A DNA stretch of 64,000 nucleotides from Bigelowiella natans CCMP2755 (Eukaryota > Protista > Cercozoa): the NCBI GenBank assembly GCA_000320545.1, contig ADNK01001725.1:62001-126000 (forward strand), in the 5' to 3' direction. Made by a program: the position numbers and the translations under genes. Each line of letters starts with the position of its first letter. The stretch's first letter is position 1. Shown one piece after another: positions 26,571 to 41,090 of this stretch. The notes beneath the pieces were generated by a model. That model was not told where the DNA came from, made no database searches, and saw only the letters and a program-made list of their open reading frames with translations.

Positions 26571-27357
26571 CAACAGCCAGAGATGCAGTTAGCAAGGGTG
26601 AATGAGTTGTGTTCTGTTTCTGCTTTGTTGCTCCAGTAGATCTCAGACCGTCTCCTCCTACCTGTCAGGAGAGAGCACAACCGAGCACACGTCGTCGCTA
26701 GTAGATCTATCTCCTACTAAACTAAGCTACTAGATCTACGACGTCGCAGAAAGACATGATGATCGATCTCCCCTCATTCTTATCCTGCGACATCCAATCT
26801 TCCGATAGGGCCTTTGATCGATTTTCACAAGGGAGGGTCTCTGACAAACAGACCGCTTATTTAGATCAACCACGTACATTTATCGCAATTTTACGAAGGA
26901 ACTCTCTAAAACCAGAAAAATAATAAGGGGTTTTGGTTCATGTCTATGTTTTTTGAATTCCGCTCCCGTTTCTAATATACAGAAAATCCAGGGCATCGGT
27001 CCAAAATCCTCAAGTATCGGATTTCAGCGGGCAGTGACAGATGCTTTTCATCAGGAGACGCCGCTCTTTTCGCATGAACCACACAATGAGCACTCCCAAT
27101 ACTGTGGGGATTTATGGCTGCGACAACATCTTTCAAATACGCATGAAATTTTTAACACAAGAATATTGCCAACCATCGGTTTGCATTTGTAAGTTGAAAG
27201 ATCACGGAAATCATGTAATAATGCAGCTTAAATATGTAGTCGCAGGTTAAAAAACTCCTTAGCTCCTTGAATTTGGAAAGATTGGTTGTCACTCTTTGAG
27301 GTGAGACAAGAGGCTGTAATTGCCCCCCTCTACCACTTCACACACCCATCCTCCGTT

Positions 27358-29007
27358 ATGAGCATGCGCTCTCTCACAAGGAATGGGCTTGAAAGAGGCT
27401 TCCTACCTTGTTCTTATGTCCTCACACTAAGCCTAGTTCTTGCCGTATCAAGCGCAAACCCGGCCAAAAATCAGCCGTTGAGGAGAACAAGCCCCTCGTC
27501 AACAATACACAGAGTAGGCTCAAAGGCAGTGGTTGATAGGATAAGGCAGCGTGTTGTACAAAATCAAGCTAGGCAAAAGACTGTTGCTTCCCAGGTTCGC
27601 AGTGTGGTTTTTCACAACGCGATTGAGTTAACATAATCGCGGCTCTTCTTGTGTTGTTATGTTTTGTTTCAAGGTGGCAATGCCTTCCGAAATCGGTGTC
27701 AGGCCAAGTGTGAATCCGATGGAAGATATGCTAAAGGCAAAGTTCGAAAAATATGCCCCGGAGAAAAGAGGTACTAAAGTCCATGTATTTAGTGCTCTGA
27801 CATAACCTTACATTTACCCGAGCCTTAAAAATAAAGATTAGGTTCCCAATTAATCTCCTTTCTTTTTTACACTCCTAATGCGTGATTTTACCTCTCTTCT
27901 TATCTTCCCCTTTTTTCTACCTCTATTACCAATGCTAGAACCAACTGTTGAAGTGATGAAGAGAGCTATCAGTGAACAAATTGAAGCTATGGTATTGAGG
28001 TGTCTGTAATGATGATAAAATATGATGATGACGATAGTAGCGGATACGATAATGATACTCATTAGACCTTGATTATGAAGGAGAGCGAGTGATAAACAAT
28101 TTGACATGGACTATAATAATTTCTCTCTTCATTATCTTGAGCCAAGTTCACCCCTCGCTGCTTTCCCATCCCCCCTCATCTCCTCCTTCTCTAAAGAATG
28201 GAAACAGGCAACTAAGACCTGTGCAGCTGAATGCCGACCAACTCGATAAAGCATACGGGTGATGAGATGAATCAATGAATCACTACTTGTGGTGGCGACG
28301 CTTTGTTGAATCATCGTGTGTTAGAGTATGGCAACTACAACAACAGCAGCAGCTAGTCTCCTCTAGAGTATTGAGAGTTGTCGTCTGCACTTGCATTGTA
28401 TCGCTCATAAACGTTTCATGTTGCTTCTCAGTGTCGCTGAGGCCATTACAGACGAATACGCAAAAACATTTTCACTCGGTATGATGGTACTAGCTGTTAC
28501 TCAATGATTTATAAGTTGTGGTAGCATGCGTGGTCAATCTCGTCGTTATCTCTTATATGGATATGTTTCGGACGTAAAAGCTGTTTTTAAAAGAGATTTT
28601 TTAACAAATTTAGCATTGCTTTTGATTCTTTCTAAGTGGTGATTATGATAATTATGATGATGGTTATGAAGATTATATATTGTGATAATGATGGAACGAC
28701 AACGCATTTTCTATTATGGCCTATTGTATGTTGTTTGTTGGCTTTCGTTTTCTACCTCCTCTCATATCATTATGACATACACACTAAGCACACACTAAGC
28801 TCACACACGGTATTGTTGATGATGGTTATCTTAGGCCTTCGTCTCATGGAAACAGAAAAGCAAAAGGTAGTGATGGTGGTGTCTATTATTGCCTCTACAA
28901 CTGCGCTCATAATAATAATAATTATTAATGTAACTCACACGGGTTAGTTCTATCTAGACGAAAATATAAAGAAGAATACGAATGTGGGGAGGGGGAGATA
29001 TCAATAT

Positions 29008-29078
<71 letters not shown>

Positions 29079-31785
29079 ATCCATAGTAGTAGGTAGTGTG
29101 TTGAACATCTCATTGACTTCGTTCACTATTGGTTATAATATAATTATTATGATTATTGTTTATCAGGCCGTATGGGCTATTTATGTGTGGTGTCGTCGCA
29201 CTGATGAGCTTGTTGATGGGTCAATTGCATCTCACATCACCCCAACGGTACTGATTCATGATTCAGTGATTGTTGTTTGTGGTGGTGTCACTGCTGCTGC
29301 TGCTGAAGATGATGATGATCCATCCAGCTATTCCTTCCTCCACTGCATGAAATATACATGTTGCTACCGTGGTGTGTGCTAATATGCTGCTAGTTTTCTC
29401 ATCATCAAATTATATCTCACATGATGATAATCTTAAAATGAAGCAAATACACTCTCCCAGTACTAACCATTCAATCTCATCATCACCATCTTCTTCTTCA
29501 TCATCTTCTTCGTGCACTCTTCTTCCTCTCTCTGTAACCTCTCTCTGTAATACTCACTCACACTATGTATGTTATTATAACACTTGGATACTATCAATTA
29601 AAGACTCTCAACAAATGGGAAGAAAGGCTAGATAAGATCTTTGAGGTAACATCATTTGATGATGATGACCTAATATCAGTTGTGACTTGCAATGATAGAT
29701 ATGTATTGATAGCATATCCATATCATCATCGTTATCATCGTCATCATCGTCGCAATCAATCATCAATCACGCTGATTCTCTGTTGAACGAACATGTACTA
29801 CTGCAGGGTTATGCATTCGACGCTCTGGATGCCACACTTGCTGATACTGCTGCAAAGTTCCCCATAGGAAAACAAGGATTCAAGGATATGATCGAAGGCA
29901 TGCGAATGGACTTGGTAGTACACTTCTTCTTATCAAGATATACAAAGCTGCTGCTGCTGCTGCTCTTATGTCTCTAAACGTAACTCTGAAGAACAAGTTT
30001 GGTGTTGATGATGATGATGATGCTCCTCTCGTTGATTGGTGCTTTCTTTCCTTGCTGCTAGTACAAGTCAAGATATCAAAACTTTGAAGAATTGAAGGAG
30101 TATTGCTACCGTGTTGCTGGGTTAGTTATCTATTTCTCGAGATATCCATTGCAGTATCATCCCTCTTCGTTATCATTAGCATTGTCTTCTCCTCTTTCTT
30201 CTTTTCTCTCTTTGTGATAATGATGATGACGATGATGAAACGGAACACATAATAATGATCCTATTTCATTCACTCTTTCTTTCTCGCCATAGTAACATGA
30301 TCTTATTTCTGCTGCATTGATTGCTCACTACCATGACCTAAAACAAAAATAATGAGCAATAATAGAAGTAATAATAATACCATCACCACCACTGATCGAT
30401 CAGAACTGTGGGATTGATGACGACACCTGTGATGGGTATATCGAAGGACAGCACCATGTCTGATACAGAAGTGCTTAACAGCGCAGTGGCACTCGGTACT
30501 ACTACTACTACTATTAACTACTATATAGTACTAACTACCAACCATTCTTCTTCTTCTTCTTCTTCTTCTTCTTCTTCTTCTTCTTTTTTCTTCGCCCTCT
30601 CTACTACCTACCTACTGTTCAGGAATAGCATTGCAGCTAACGAACATCCTGAGAGATGTTGGGGAAGATGCCCAGCAAAGGGATAGGTACTACTTCTACC
30701 GAGAACAACAACAATAAGAACGATGACGATGATGCAATGTGGGATATGTAGATAACGATCTTTCTCTCTTTCTCTCTACTCATGATCTCAGGATCTACCT
30801 CCCACTTGATGAGCTCGCTGAATTCGGCCTCACGGAAGCTGATATTCTCTCAGGAAAAGTCGATGATAGATGGAGGGTGGGTGATAATATTTGGGAAAAT
30901 CTCTACACACATACACACATAACGAGAGAGGGGGAGGGGGGGGAATAACAACTTCATGAGTCCATGCCATCATATTTTTGTTCATCACGGTCATATGGAA
31001 TAGTTTGTTTATTCATTCTCGCTACTGCAGGACTTCATGAAGTTTCAAATCAAAAGAGCTCGAGAATACTTCGCCATAGCAAAGAATGGTTAGTCAGAAG
31101 ATAGTTAGATAGATAGATAGATAGCAAGAAGTCTCTACTCTCCTCTCACTTCTGTGTTCTTTAATAAAAGTGTCAAGTCTTTTGTTATTGTTGTTGTTGT
31201 TGTTGTTGTTGTTGTTTCGTGTATGGCTAATGACGTTGTTCCCCCTCCTCCATCAACACGACCCATCATCATCACCACCACTGATCATGATTATCATGAT
31301 GATCGTCGTCCATTGACCAGGTATAGCATCGCTTGATCCTTCTGTAAGGTGGGCTGTATGGGGAGCAGGAATGGTTTACGGTAATCATCGTCTTCACACC
31401 ATCAGCATCATCATCGTGTTGTTATTATTGTAATTATCATTAAATTGATTGATAACCAAAATTGAGACACTACTCACTATTTGTTTATCACGTAATAGGT
31501 GAGATCTTAGATGCAATTGAAAAAAACGATTACGACAATTTAAATAGGCGAGCATATGTTCCAAGGTTTGTGGTGTTGTTACTGTGGTGAATCAGATGAT
31601 GAACATGATGATAAGACAACGATGGTTATGATGATGGTAATGATATCGATGATGACAACGGCAATGATGACGAAACATCACACATTCGAAAACGATCGTA
31701 TTAATGATAATGATAATAATACAGGTGGCGCAAATTTCAATTACTACCGGTTGCTCTCGTCCAAACACTTCTCATGAAGCCATAG
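27358..31785 (+). CDS. PSY: Phytoene synthase with signal peptide plus transit peptide
   Basis: About 17 exons give [77 protein letters not shown] and [12 protein letters not shown]; stop TAG 31783-31785. The leader has the hydrophobic stretch [14 protein letters not shown] followed by an R/S-rich segment. Confidence 0.95.
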
Positions 31786-32714
31786 ATGATAACGTACTCG
31801 CACCAGGCGATAAGATGAGTAAATGTACACGTACGCACGGTAGATAAGCATTAGTTTTTACACATCGATGATGAGTTGTAAGAAGTGCCAGCAGCAACAA
31901 GATCGATCGTTAAGAGGCCGTATTTTTGAATAATACAGCAATCTGTGTAGCGCATTACCACTTCTAGACTTAATCTGTGAAAAGAAATTATAAGCCTTTG
32001 GAGTATTATGCAAAGCAATTGTAGGAGCAATATTTTGCATGCAATAATCGTTTTGGCATTATTAGTGATTAAATAGACTGATACACGATATAATATTGTT
32101 TATACATGATGTGCCATTTATGCACACATGTGCATGTAATAGCATCTGCGCAAGCAAGCCAACATAAGTGTCGTCTCCCAATGCAATGCACGATGAGGTC
32201 CATGTCCATTCACACCCCACCTAGCTTGTTCTAGTGCTGGCTGGCGGCGGCGGGGATCCGGTGGTACCATGCTAGCTATATGACTAGATAAGCGTTGGGT
32301 AGCACTACTACAGAGTACGATCGATTGAATCGTGTTGTTTCTGCTTGATGTGCATTATTGGTCACGCTAGCACGTGCTGTTATGCATCCATTGTTGATGC
32401 GCCACATGATGCTACACTACGGGATACTGCTATGTATTATGATGATGCTACATGCATCGTCATCATTAGTCATCGTAGTTTATTGATCAATATGTCGCCT
32501 CAAATCGCACATCGGTGGCCGTTACGAGATTGTGCAACCATCTTCGTCTGGAAGAAAATAGCCTGGAATAATAGTAGTAGTCACGGTGTTAGCGATAAGA
32601 AAACGACGAATAAAGTCCTCAGTTGCTATGGAAGAGAGTAGAGTTACAGAATGTCCGATCATCATCATCATCATCATCATCTTGATAATCTCTTATGTGG
32701 TGAGCATTCTCAGA

Positions 32715-32784
32715 TCATGCCAAATGAGTGACGTCAACAATTATCGTAATACCGGTAGTATTCTTGACCATACAAGGACACTTG

Positions 32785-32816
<32 letters not shown>

Positions 32817-34158
32817 GTAGTAGTAGGAAAAAGAACAATCACGATATTAGTATCGAAATAGAACTAACACACATCTTATATAGTATATATTGAAAAATAA
32901 CGACAGGAATATTGATTCTATTACTGCTGTTGCTACTAATTTGAAACAAATTCCATATTTTATCTTATCCCCCTTCTCCTACTTCCAAGCTCCGTGATAT
33001 CCATACAGTCATTAATTACATAACAATCGATCCGTAAAGTAACGTTTCACAGTAGTAGCAAGGAGCAGTAGCAAGTAGTAGTATTAGTAGCAGCTATTCG
33101 AGGGGCAATATACCTTTCCTGCTGTTTTGGAGGGTATATAACACTCGTCGCACTTCTCACAATGAAGACATCTGAAACACATATCATTATATATGTATAT
33201 TATATTTATGCATCATAAAGAAGAAGATAAAGAAGAAAATAAGAGGATAATGATGATAATGACGATAACGACAGTACAGCAACCTGTCATCTTGGCATCG
33301 CTGGCAGTTGTAGCAGTGTTTCCTGAGGAATAATAATAATAATCATAAGTTTAACATATACACTGATGAGAAAGAAGAAGAAAAAGAGGCAGAGCGAGAC
33401 GTCGTAGTACCGATGTCCAATATCTTTGCTGCACAACATCTGGCTGCAAAGGGAATACCACATAGTCTCTCCACAACTTGAGCACGTATACTTGTTGTTG
33501 TTGCGGAATATATCCATCTGCATCATCGTAATAATAGAGTAAACAATAACAATAACAACAACAAAAAGTGAGGAACACAACGATTCAGTGATTACTAAGT
33601 AGCAAGAGAACGATGCATGTTTGCAGAGAACATGTAAGTAGAAGAAGAAGAAGAAGAAGAAGAAAACATCATACGACAAGGAAGAACAAATAGAACGATA
33701 GTAGAGTTGCTGCTTGCTGCTGCAAATGGGGTGAGTTTAAGATGATGATGACGACGACGATGATAATAATGATAATTACCAAATGGATTTTATTTGTACA
33801 TCTCAAACAGCGTATACTTTCAGGTAGGTCTTCAACCTAAGAACAATCGCCAGGAGATAATGAGAAAGATATAGACACTAGTAGAACAATCGCCAGGAGA
33901 TAATGAGAAAGATATAGACTATGCTAATGGAAATCATTGGAAGAACAAAAGAGAATCATCATCAGACTTAACTCCCCCCACCAACTCCTTTTCTTTATGA
34001 TGAGCATTATTACCATATTCAGTATCATTATCACCGCTATCATGATCACTATCATCATCATCATCATCATCATCGGTCGTCACTATATAGATTTATTACA
34101 TGAATACGATTTAGATTCTGTACTATGCACATATCCCTCGAGATGTTCTGATCAGAAG

Positions 34159-34206
<48 letters not shown>

Positions 34207-35077
34207 GATAGTCGTAGCAGTAGTAGCAGGAGTAGTAGCAGGAGTAGTAGCAGTTGTTTTAGGAAAATAAAATAAGAATGAATTATGGTGATTGGATGAT
34301 AAAGAAGAAGAAGGAGGCACATCGTAACAATCTTAATCATTATCAGAGGAGTACTAATACATGTCGTGAAATCATGTTGTTTTTAGTGCTTGTATCTACA
34401 TAGTAGTAGAAGTACCGACCGAAAAACTAACACCATGACTCTCCAAGACGTTGATATTTCTCATGAATAGATAGTTTTTGTAGCAGGATGATGGTTTCGA
34501 GTCATCCTGTCGTGCTCCGGCTGCAGCTTCTTTATTATTTCCACCAATGAATCGACGATGAGAATAATAAGCCTTATTCCGCGGCAAAAGAGCAGCAGGA
34601 GCACCAGTATCTCTACTAGCTAGAGGAGTGTTGTTATTCATAACCACAAAGGACGATAAAGACGATGATGATGATGATGATGCGGAGGACATATGCTGCT
34701 GCTGCTGCTGTTGTTCTTGTTGTCGCTTTTGCAGTGGAAGATGCACAAGTTGATGCTGGTCCATCTCGTTATTCATTCTTCCTCCTCCTTTAGATTGAGG
34801 AAGAGAAGCACCTGTGGTAGTAGTAGTTGTAGTAGCAGCAGTACTACTGCCACCACTACTCTTCTTTGACATTGCTAATGTAGTAGTCCTTTGCTTCTTA
34901 ACCTTACATTCGTCTCCTCTTCTAGTATCAATCATGTATGATCTCCTCCTCCTCCTCCTCATCATCGTCATTGTTGTTGTTGTTCCCAAAGAACTCTGCT
35001 GCTGCTGCTGATGGTGGTGGTAGTTTTGATGATGCATCTGTTGTTGGCGATAAGGATGGTGGCTTGTCAGCCCCTCT

Positions 35078-35118
<41 letters not shown>

Positions 35119-35422
35119 ACGAAGGAATCTAAAGCGGCGACGTTGGTGGTGATGGTGGATGCTATTACTAAATGATGAGGAGGGAGGAGGAGGAGCAGAG
35201 GAAAGTTGTTCGCGGGGATGGTAGTAGTAGCTGTTATTATACTGCAATGATGAGGGTGAAGGAGCAGAAGGATGGTAGTGGGTATTACTATACTTCAATG
35301 ATGAGGAAAGAGGACCAGAAGGAGTAGAAGTCATAGGTGTAGTAGTAGCAGCAGTAACAGCAGATCGAACAACTCCTGCTGCCTCCTTCTTCTTCTTGTT
35401 CTTCTTCTTCGTTGGTCGATTG

Positions 35423-35458
<36 letters not shown>

Positions 35459-35592
35459 TTACTGCTACTTGGTTTCTTGGTTGCAGACGTAGATTTGCTA
35501 CTATTACTACCACTACTACCACTGTTACTACTACTACCACCACTACTACTTCCAACGGCGTATTGCTTCGATGATCTTCCCGAAGAAGCAGT

Positions 35593-35625
<33 letters not shown>

Positions 35626-37266
35626 TGTTATTTGTACAGGAAGTTGCGTCTTGGTGGTGGTGGTGGTGGTGATAGCTATTTTGCCATCACCATCTTCATT
35701 ATCATCACCAGCAGTAGTAGTAGTATCAGTAGTAGCAGCAGCAGCATCATCACCTTTGGATACTATCGGTTGGGGCGATTGTTTTTGCTGTTCTTGCTGT
35801 TGCGTTACCCTTCGTATTGTTTTGCCCTCGTCCTCCTCTGCCTCCACCTCCATAGATCCACTGTTAGCACTACAAGTCCTGGTGGTACTACTTCTACTAC
35901 GATGATGAGCTCCTACTCCTCCCTCCTTTCCTCCTTGCTGAAGAGGCTGCTTCTTGATATCACCGTCAGTAGCAGCAGTAGTAGCAACGCCAACATCTAT
36001 CTTCAATGGGAGACGAATTGAAAGATCATTATCACTTGTCTTTTGGCTCATCAAAGGAGGATGAGTTTTGTTAGCTAATACTGTAATGGGAGGGGCTCTT
36101 TTCCCTTCTGATGATTGAGTAGGAAGAGGGGGGGAAGCAGCAGCAGCAGCAGCAGTAGTAGCAGTAGTGGCGGATAATAATAGAGTACCAGTACCTGCTA
36201 CTAATGATTTTGATGATGATGATGGTAGTGGTGGTGGTGGTGGTGGTGGTGGGGCTGCTGCTCTTGCTGTTCTTGCTACTGATGCCGATGATGATGATGA
36301 TGATGATTGGGGAGGAGGTAGTGGCTTTCGAGCAGAGGCAGCATGTTTGACATCATCATCATCATCATCATCATCCTCTCGTCTTTCCTTGCTAATAACG
36401 GCTGGCTTTTCATTATAACTATCATCATTTGCTTTGCCGCAACTAATAATCTCCCGCTGTTGATGAGGCTGCTGCTTCTGCTTTGAGTGCTGCTTTTTCC
36501 TCCTTATTAGTAAGTGGTGCTGTCTGATTTTCTTGGAAGTGCTAATGCCGCTACTACTACTAACGATACCGTTGGAGGAGGAGGTGTTGCTGTTAGTACT
36601 ATTACAATTACTGCTACTACCTGATCCAGGTAGTATTTTACTACTACTACTACTACTACTATTGCTGCTACCTGATCCAGGTAGTAGTTTACGTGCTGCT
36701 GCTGCTGCTGCTGCTGCTACAGCAGAAGCCTGCAGGAGATGTTGGCGGCGACGCAAATGATGATGATGATTATGATGACTGAATACTCGTTTTTCGCTTG
36801 TACCTCTAGTATGAGCAGGTGGAATTGATTTACTGGAAGAAGCTGCTACCGCTGCTACTGTTGCTACTCTCTTAGCAGCTACCTCTTTCCTATCCCCTCC
36901 TTCTTCTAATGCTTCGACTACTTTGCCTCCTCCTCCTCGCCGTCCTCCTGTCTTTTTTGTTTCTTCTCCTCCAACTGTGCCTCCTACTGGTACTCTTGTA
37001 GTTGGTGCTTTCTGCTGATGGTGATGACTTTCTTCTTCTTCTTCCTTTTTGGCCATAAAATCAGCTCTTCCACTTCCCCCTCCTTCTCTTTGAAGAAGAG
37101 ACCGAGTTCTTCTCCCACTGTCTTCAATTCCAGACGATGTTTCTTGGTTCTATGGCGATAACAGTAGTAGTAGTAGTAGTAGTAGTATACAATAAAAAGG
37201 AATAATCATGATCAGGAAAATACTACCATTTAAATTTCTCCTCTTCTCTTTCAATGTCTTAACGCA

Positions 37267-37360
<94 letters not shown>

Positions 37361-37621
37361 GACCCATGCACTACAATATACATCATCAACAACTTAACAA
37401 TGATACAAGTGGTAAGTCGATCATTTCCTTCTTTATTTACTATTATCACTACCATCATCATGGAAGTTATTATAAAAATACTGCCGTAAAAAATAGTTAG
37501 CAATCCGAGGTACAGTAAATGCTCGTTGTTGTATAAGATTAACATCGTTTGTAGGTAACACCATTTCTCTGTAGTCTGAGCACTCGCACCTGATGAAGAA
37601 TATATAAAAATGTATGTTTAT

Positions 37622-37664
<43 letters not shown>

Positions 37665-37929
37665 TAGGAAAACTCGTGTCAACAAATGAACTTCTCCACT
37701 TATTAAGGATATAATCAACGAATCACAAACCACATGAAATATTACACACACACACACACACATATACAGATACAGAGGCAGGCACACATACACAAGCATC
37801 AGCAGTTTAATGATAGTATAGCAGTATAAAAGAGATCATTATTCTACAAGTCCCTCTCTCCCTCCCCTCTCTCCCTTCTCACGAGTGTAGCTTCTGTTGG
37901 TAGCTACACACAACTTAGTAATCGTCTTT

Positions 37930-37963
<34 letters not shown>

Positions 37964-38613
37964 AAGTACTTCCGGTGCTTCTATTGGAATCATCACTATT
38001 CTCCTGGCTTGATGTTGCTATATATATATAATAAGAAGGCGTATCAAAACAGACAATAAAATCAACGATAGCTTACGACTCACTCGCTCGTTCTTGGTAC
38101 AACAATTAACTACAACTTTAACTTTTGATAGATAGTAATAGTTGGAGCACTGCTATGTTATTACTCCTCCTCCTCCTCCTCCTCCTGCTGCTGTTGCTAC
38201 TACAACAACAACTACTACTACTAAAACTACCACTCTCACTGGCCGAGTTAGAATTCGGTTTGCGCAATCCAACACCAAGTCTGATACAGACGAATAAAAT
38301 TACAATGGGAGACAATAACAACAAACAACAACAACAACAGCAGCAGCAGCAGCAGCCTTATAATGACTGTATGAATAAATTGTGAAACTTAGGTTTTTGA
38401 GTATAAAAAATGACAAACACGAATGAATAGAATAATGACGATTTTTATTTTTATCAATCAAACTATCGATGAATAAAATAGCATAGGCTTCTTCCATTTA
38501 TTTTTCTTTTAGAAGAGAACACCACCATTACTATCTATCTATCTCCAAATTTACTCAGTAGGAAAACTATTACATGTTTCAATAATTACCTACTTTATTT
38601 TACTTTATCCAAC

Positions 38614-38674
<61 letters not shown>

Positions 38675-39557
38675 TGTGTGTGAATAAGCGAATAATTTTC
38701 ATCATATTCATGGCTCACCGTTTTGCAAGCCTTTCACGACTTTTTGACGATTCCTCTACAGTTTCTGCTGCTGCTACTGCGTTCTTACTACTCTGGCATA
38801 ATCTATCAACAGCAGTCATTCTATTTGACGAAGACATCATCATCATTCTTTTGCTCCAAGACGTCGAAGAGTTCTTGCCTTCTCCCCCCTTTCTCTCCCG
38901 TAGTTGAGAAAAGGTATTGATAGTACTGCTGCTACTTCCTCCTCCTCCTCCTCCTCCTCCTCCTCCTCCCTGAGTACTGTTGCTATAATCACCGATATTG
39001 CCTATTCGCATATCATCATGATGCTGCTGCTGCTGATGATGATGATGACGATGACGACGACGACGATCATGATTTCTATCATCACCCCGCATCATTATAC
39101 TTGTAGTTGTTGTCGCAGCAGCTGTTGCCACGCCGCCAGTTGGCCTACTACCGCTTGAACAACCACCTCCTAATTGCTGCTGCTGTGTATTATCTTCTTG
39201 AGCATTACCTGCTGCTGCTATTGAGAGTCTATATGTGCTACCTCCTCCCACAGATGCTTTTTTGCTACTGCTGCCGCTGGTGATGCTGCTGTATTCTGTG
39301 GGCTGTTCATTTTCTTGTACAGGCTGCTTCTGCTGCTCAAGAATTTTCACATTTGCGGAGCGATTCTTAACAATCAATTCACCCCTATCTAAAATTTTTT
39401 TCGAAGTAGATGGTGATTGTTTTACAAGAAAGTTCTTTTTTGGCGGGGGCTCAGTGGCGCATGGGTTCACGTGGAGGATGTCGCCTAGATAAAAAGTCAG
39501 CCATAGGATGATGATGATCATGATGATGCGGTGAGTGCTAGCAGAAGTACTAGTAGC

Positions 39558-39590
<33 letters not shown>

Positions 39591-39822
39591 TGTTGTTGTT
39601 GGTGTAGTAGTAGCCGTAGTAGAACAAAAAATTTTAACAAGTGTTGAGAGAAGGGGTCATTTTTTAATCTATAGATCCGTAAACCGTAATAAACGTGGAA
39701 ATCGCAATTGACGACAGCAAAAGAAGCACGTTACCATAAGCCTGCGTGGAATCTTCCCATGAGATTGCGAACTTTAATCCCTCGGAACTACTGCCGCTAC
39801 TACTCGGATCACCGTTTTCCAT
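32715..39822 (-). CDS. Large low-complexity protein with C-terminal Cys/His-rich zinc-binding region
   Basis: Exon 1 MENGDPSSS...QAY (ATG 39822) splices in frame to the 39485-38715 exon. A 2.7-kb open exon lies at 37056-34396. The 3' exons give CLRCTNK, YTCSSCG..LCSQMLC and KHCYNCQRCQDDRCLHCEKCDECY..CPC. Stop position and single-gene status are tentative. Confidence 0.6.
33840..33919. repeat. 37-bp duplication (period 43) at an intron 3' end
   Basis: agaacaatcgccaggagataatgagaaagatatagac occurs at 33840 and 33883, abutting the minus-strand acceptor at 33837-33838. Confidence 0.9.
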
Positions 39823-41090
39823 TTTCTACGTTAGATTAAGATACTTAGATTGTACTGGTGTGCACTTGCAACTGATGATTACCGTTATGAACTAGCTTTC
39901 CTTTGCCAGATTCTCCAACATCAATATCAAGCAGTGCTAATAAATACAATAAAGTGAGGAGATGCTATCAAGATTGAATTCTTGCCTAAAAATATGGCTA
40001 ACACACCATGTGTGTGTTGGAGCCATTGTGGAGGCACTTGTGCAGGACCGTAAGAAATTAACTTACATAAGTTTTTTATGTCAATGGAAAAAACACATGT
40101 TATTTTTATTCTGCGTCATACGGTGTGGGAAAATAAAAAGAAAATATCGTTCTTAATTTCAAGCTGGAGATGGCTTCAGTGAAATTTTACTTATTACTTT
40201 TATTTGTTATTCGTCTGGAATGAAACGCCAAGCTTTCACACGAGATTCGTGTGTCAGTAACCTGTCTTTCAACATTTCACATGGAATCTTTTCGTTCGTG
40301 TTCACAGTGGCCTTTTGAGAGCGTTACTGGGGTCGGTTCTAGGCGATTTAACGAGCACCCATGAAATACAATGTGATACTCTCAATGGAAAAAGAGTAAA
40401 TTCCAGGCCTTTTTTTTGCTTAGATCGAGAGACTTTCTAGATTCTACCTATATTGGTGAATTTCGGAGACATGTTCTGGGGGTATATCTGCCCATACAGC
40501 AGCAATAACTTTATTAACAAAGAATACGTTGCAACCTGAGTTGTCTACAAGCTTCCAAGAAATTTCGCAGGTTTTCTGGAATCTCTTGGTGAACTTCTGA
40601 GACATTCTCGTGCGCGTTCGCGAAAAAACTAGGTGACCACAGAATCCAATTCAATTCCTCCATGCGACATGAACTTGAGCCTTCAGAAATTAAACGTTTG
40701 AATTCTGAAATCAGTTGCAAATTCTTCCAAGCTCCTCAAATTTGTCAAGTTTTTTGCACATCGACATGCTCTGGATGCCAATTCTGCACAGAAATTGGAG
40801 GTGTTGTAGACAATTCAGGCTGCAATGTGTTTCTTAAAGTCATTGCCGCTGTGTGAGCGAACATACCCCTCCTACTTGACACACTACACACCCATATTCC
40901 ATGGCATAAGGCACATATGTTGCGATTTCTTTTTGATTCTCTCTCTGTTTCTTCTTCTTCTTCTTCTTCTTCTTCTTTTCGTTGATCTTCCGTCTTCGAA
41001 AAGAAACAAAACACAAATTCCAAACCACTCACCAAACGCACAGATCAAAGATCATCCGATTCATTGCCACACGCAAACTTCCACACAAGC

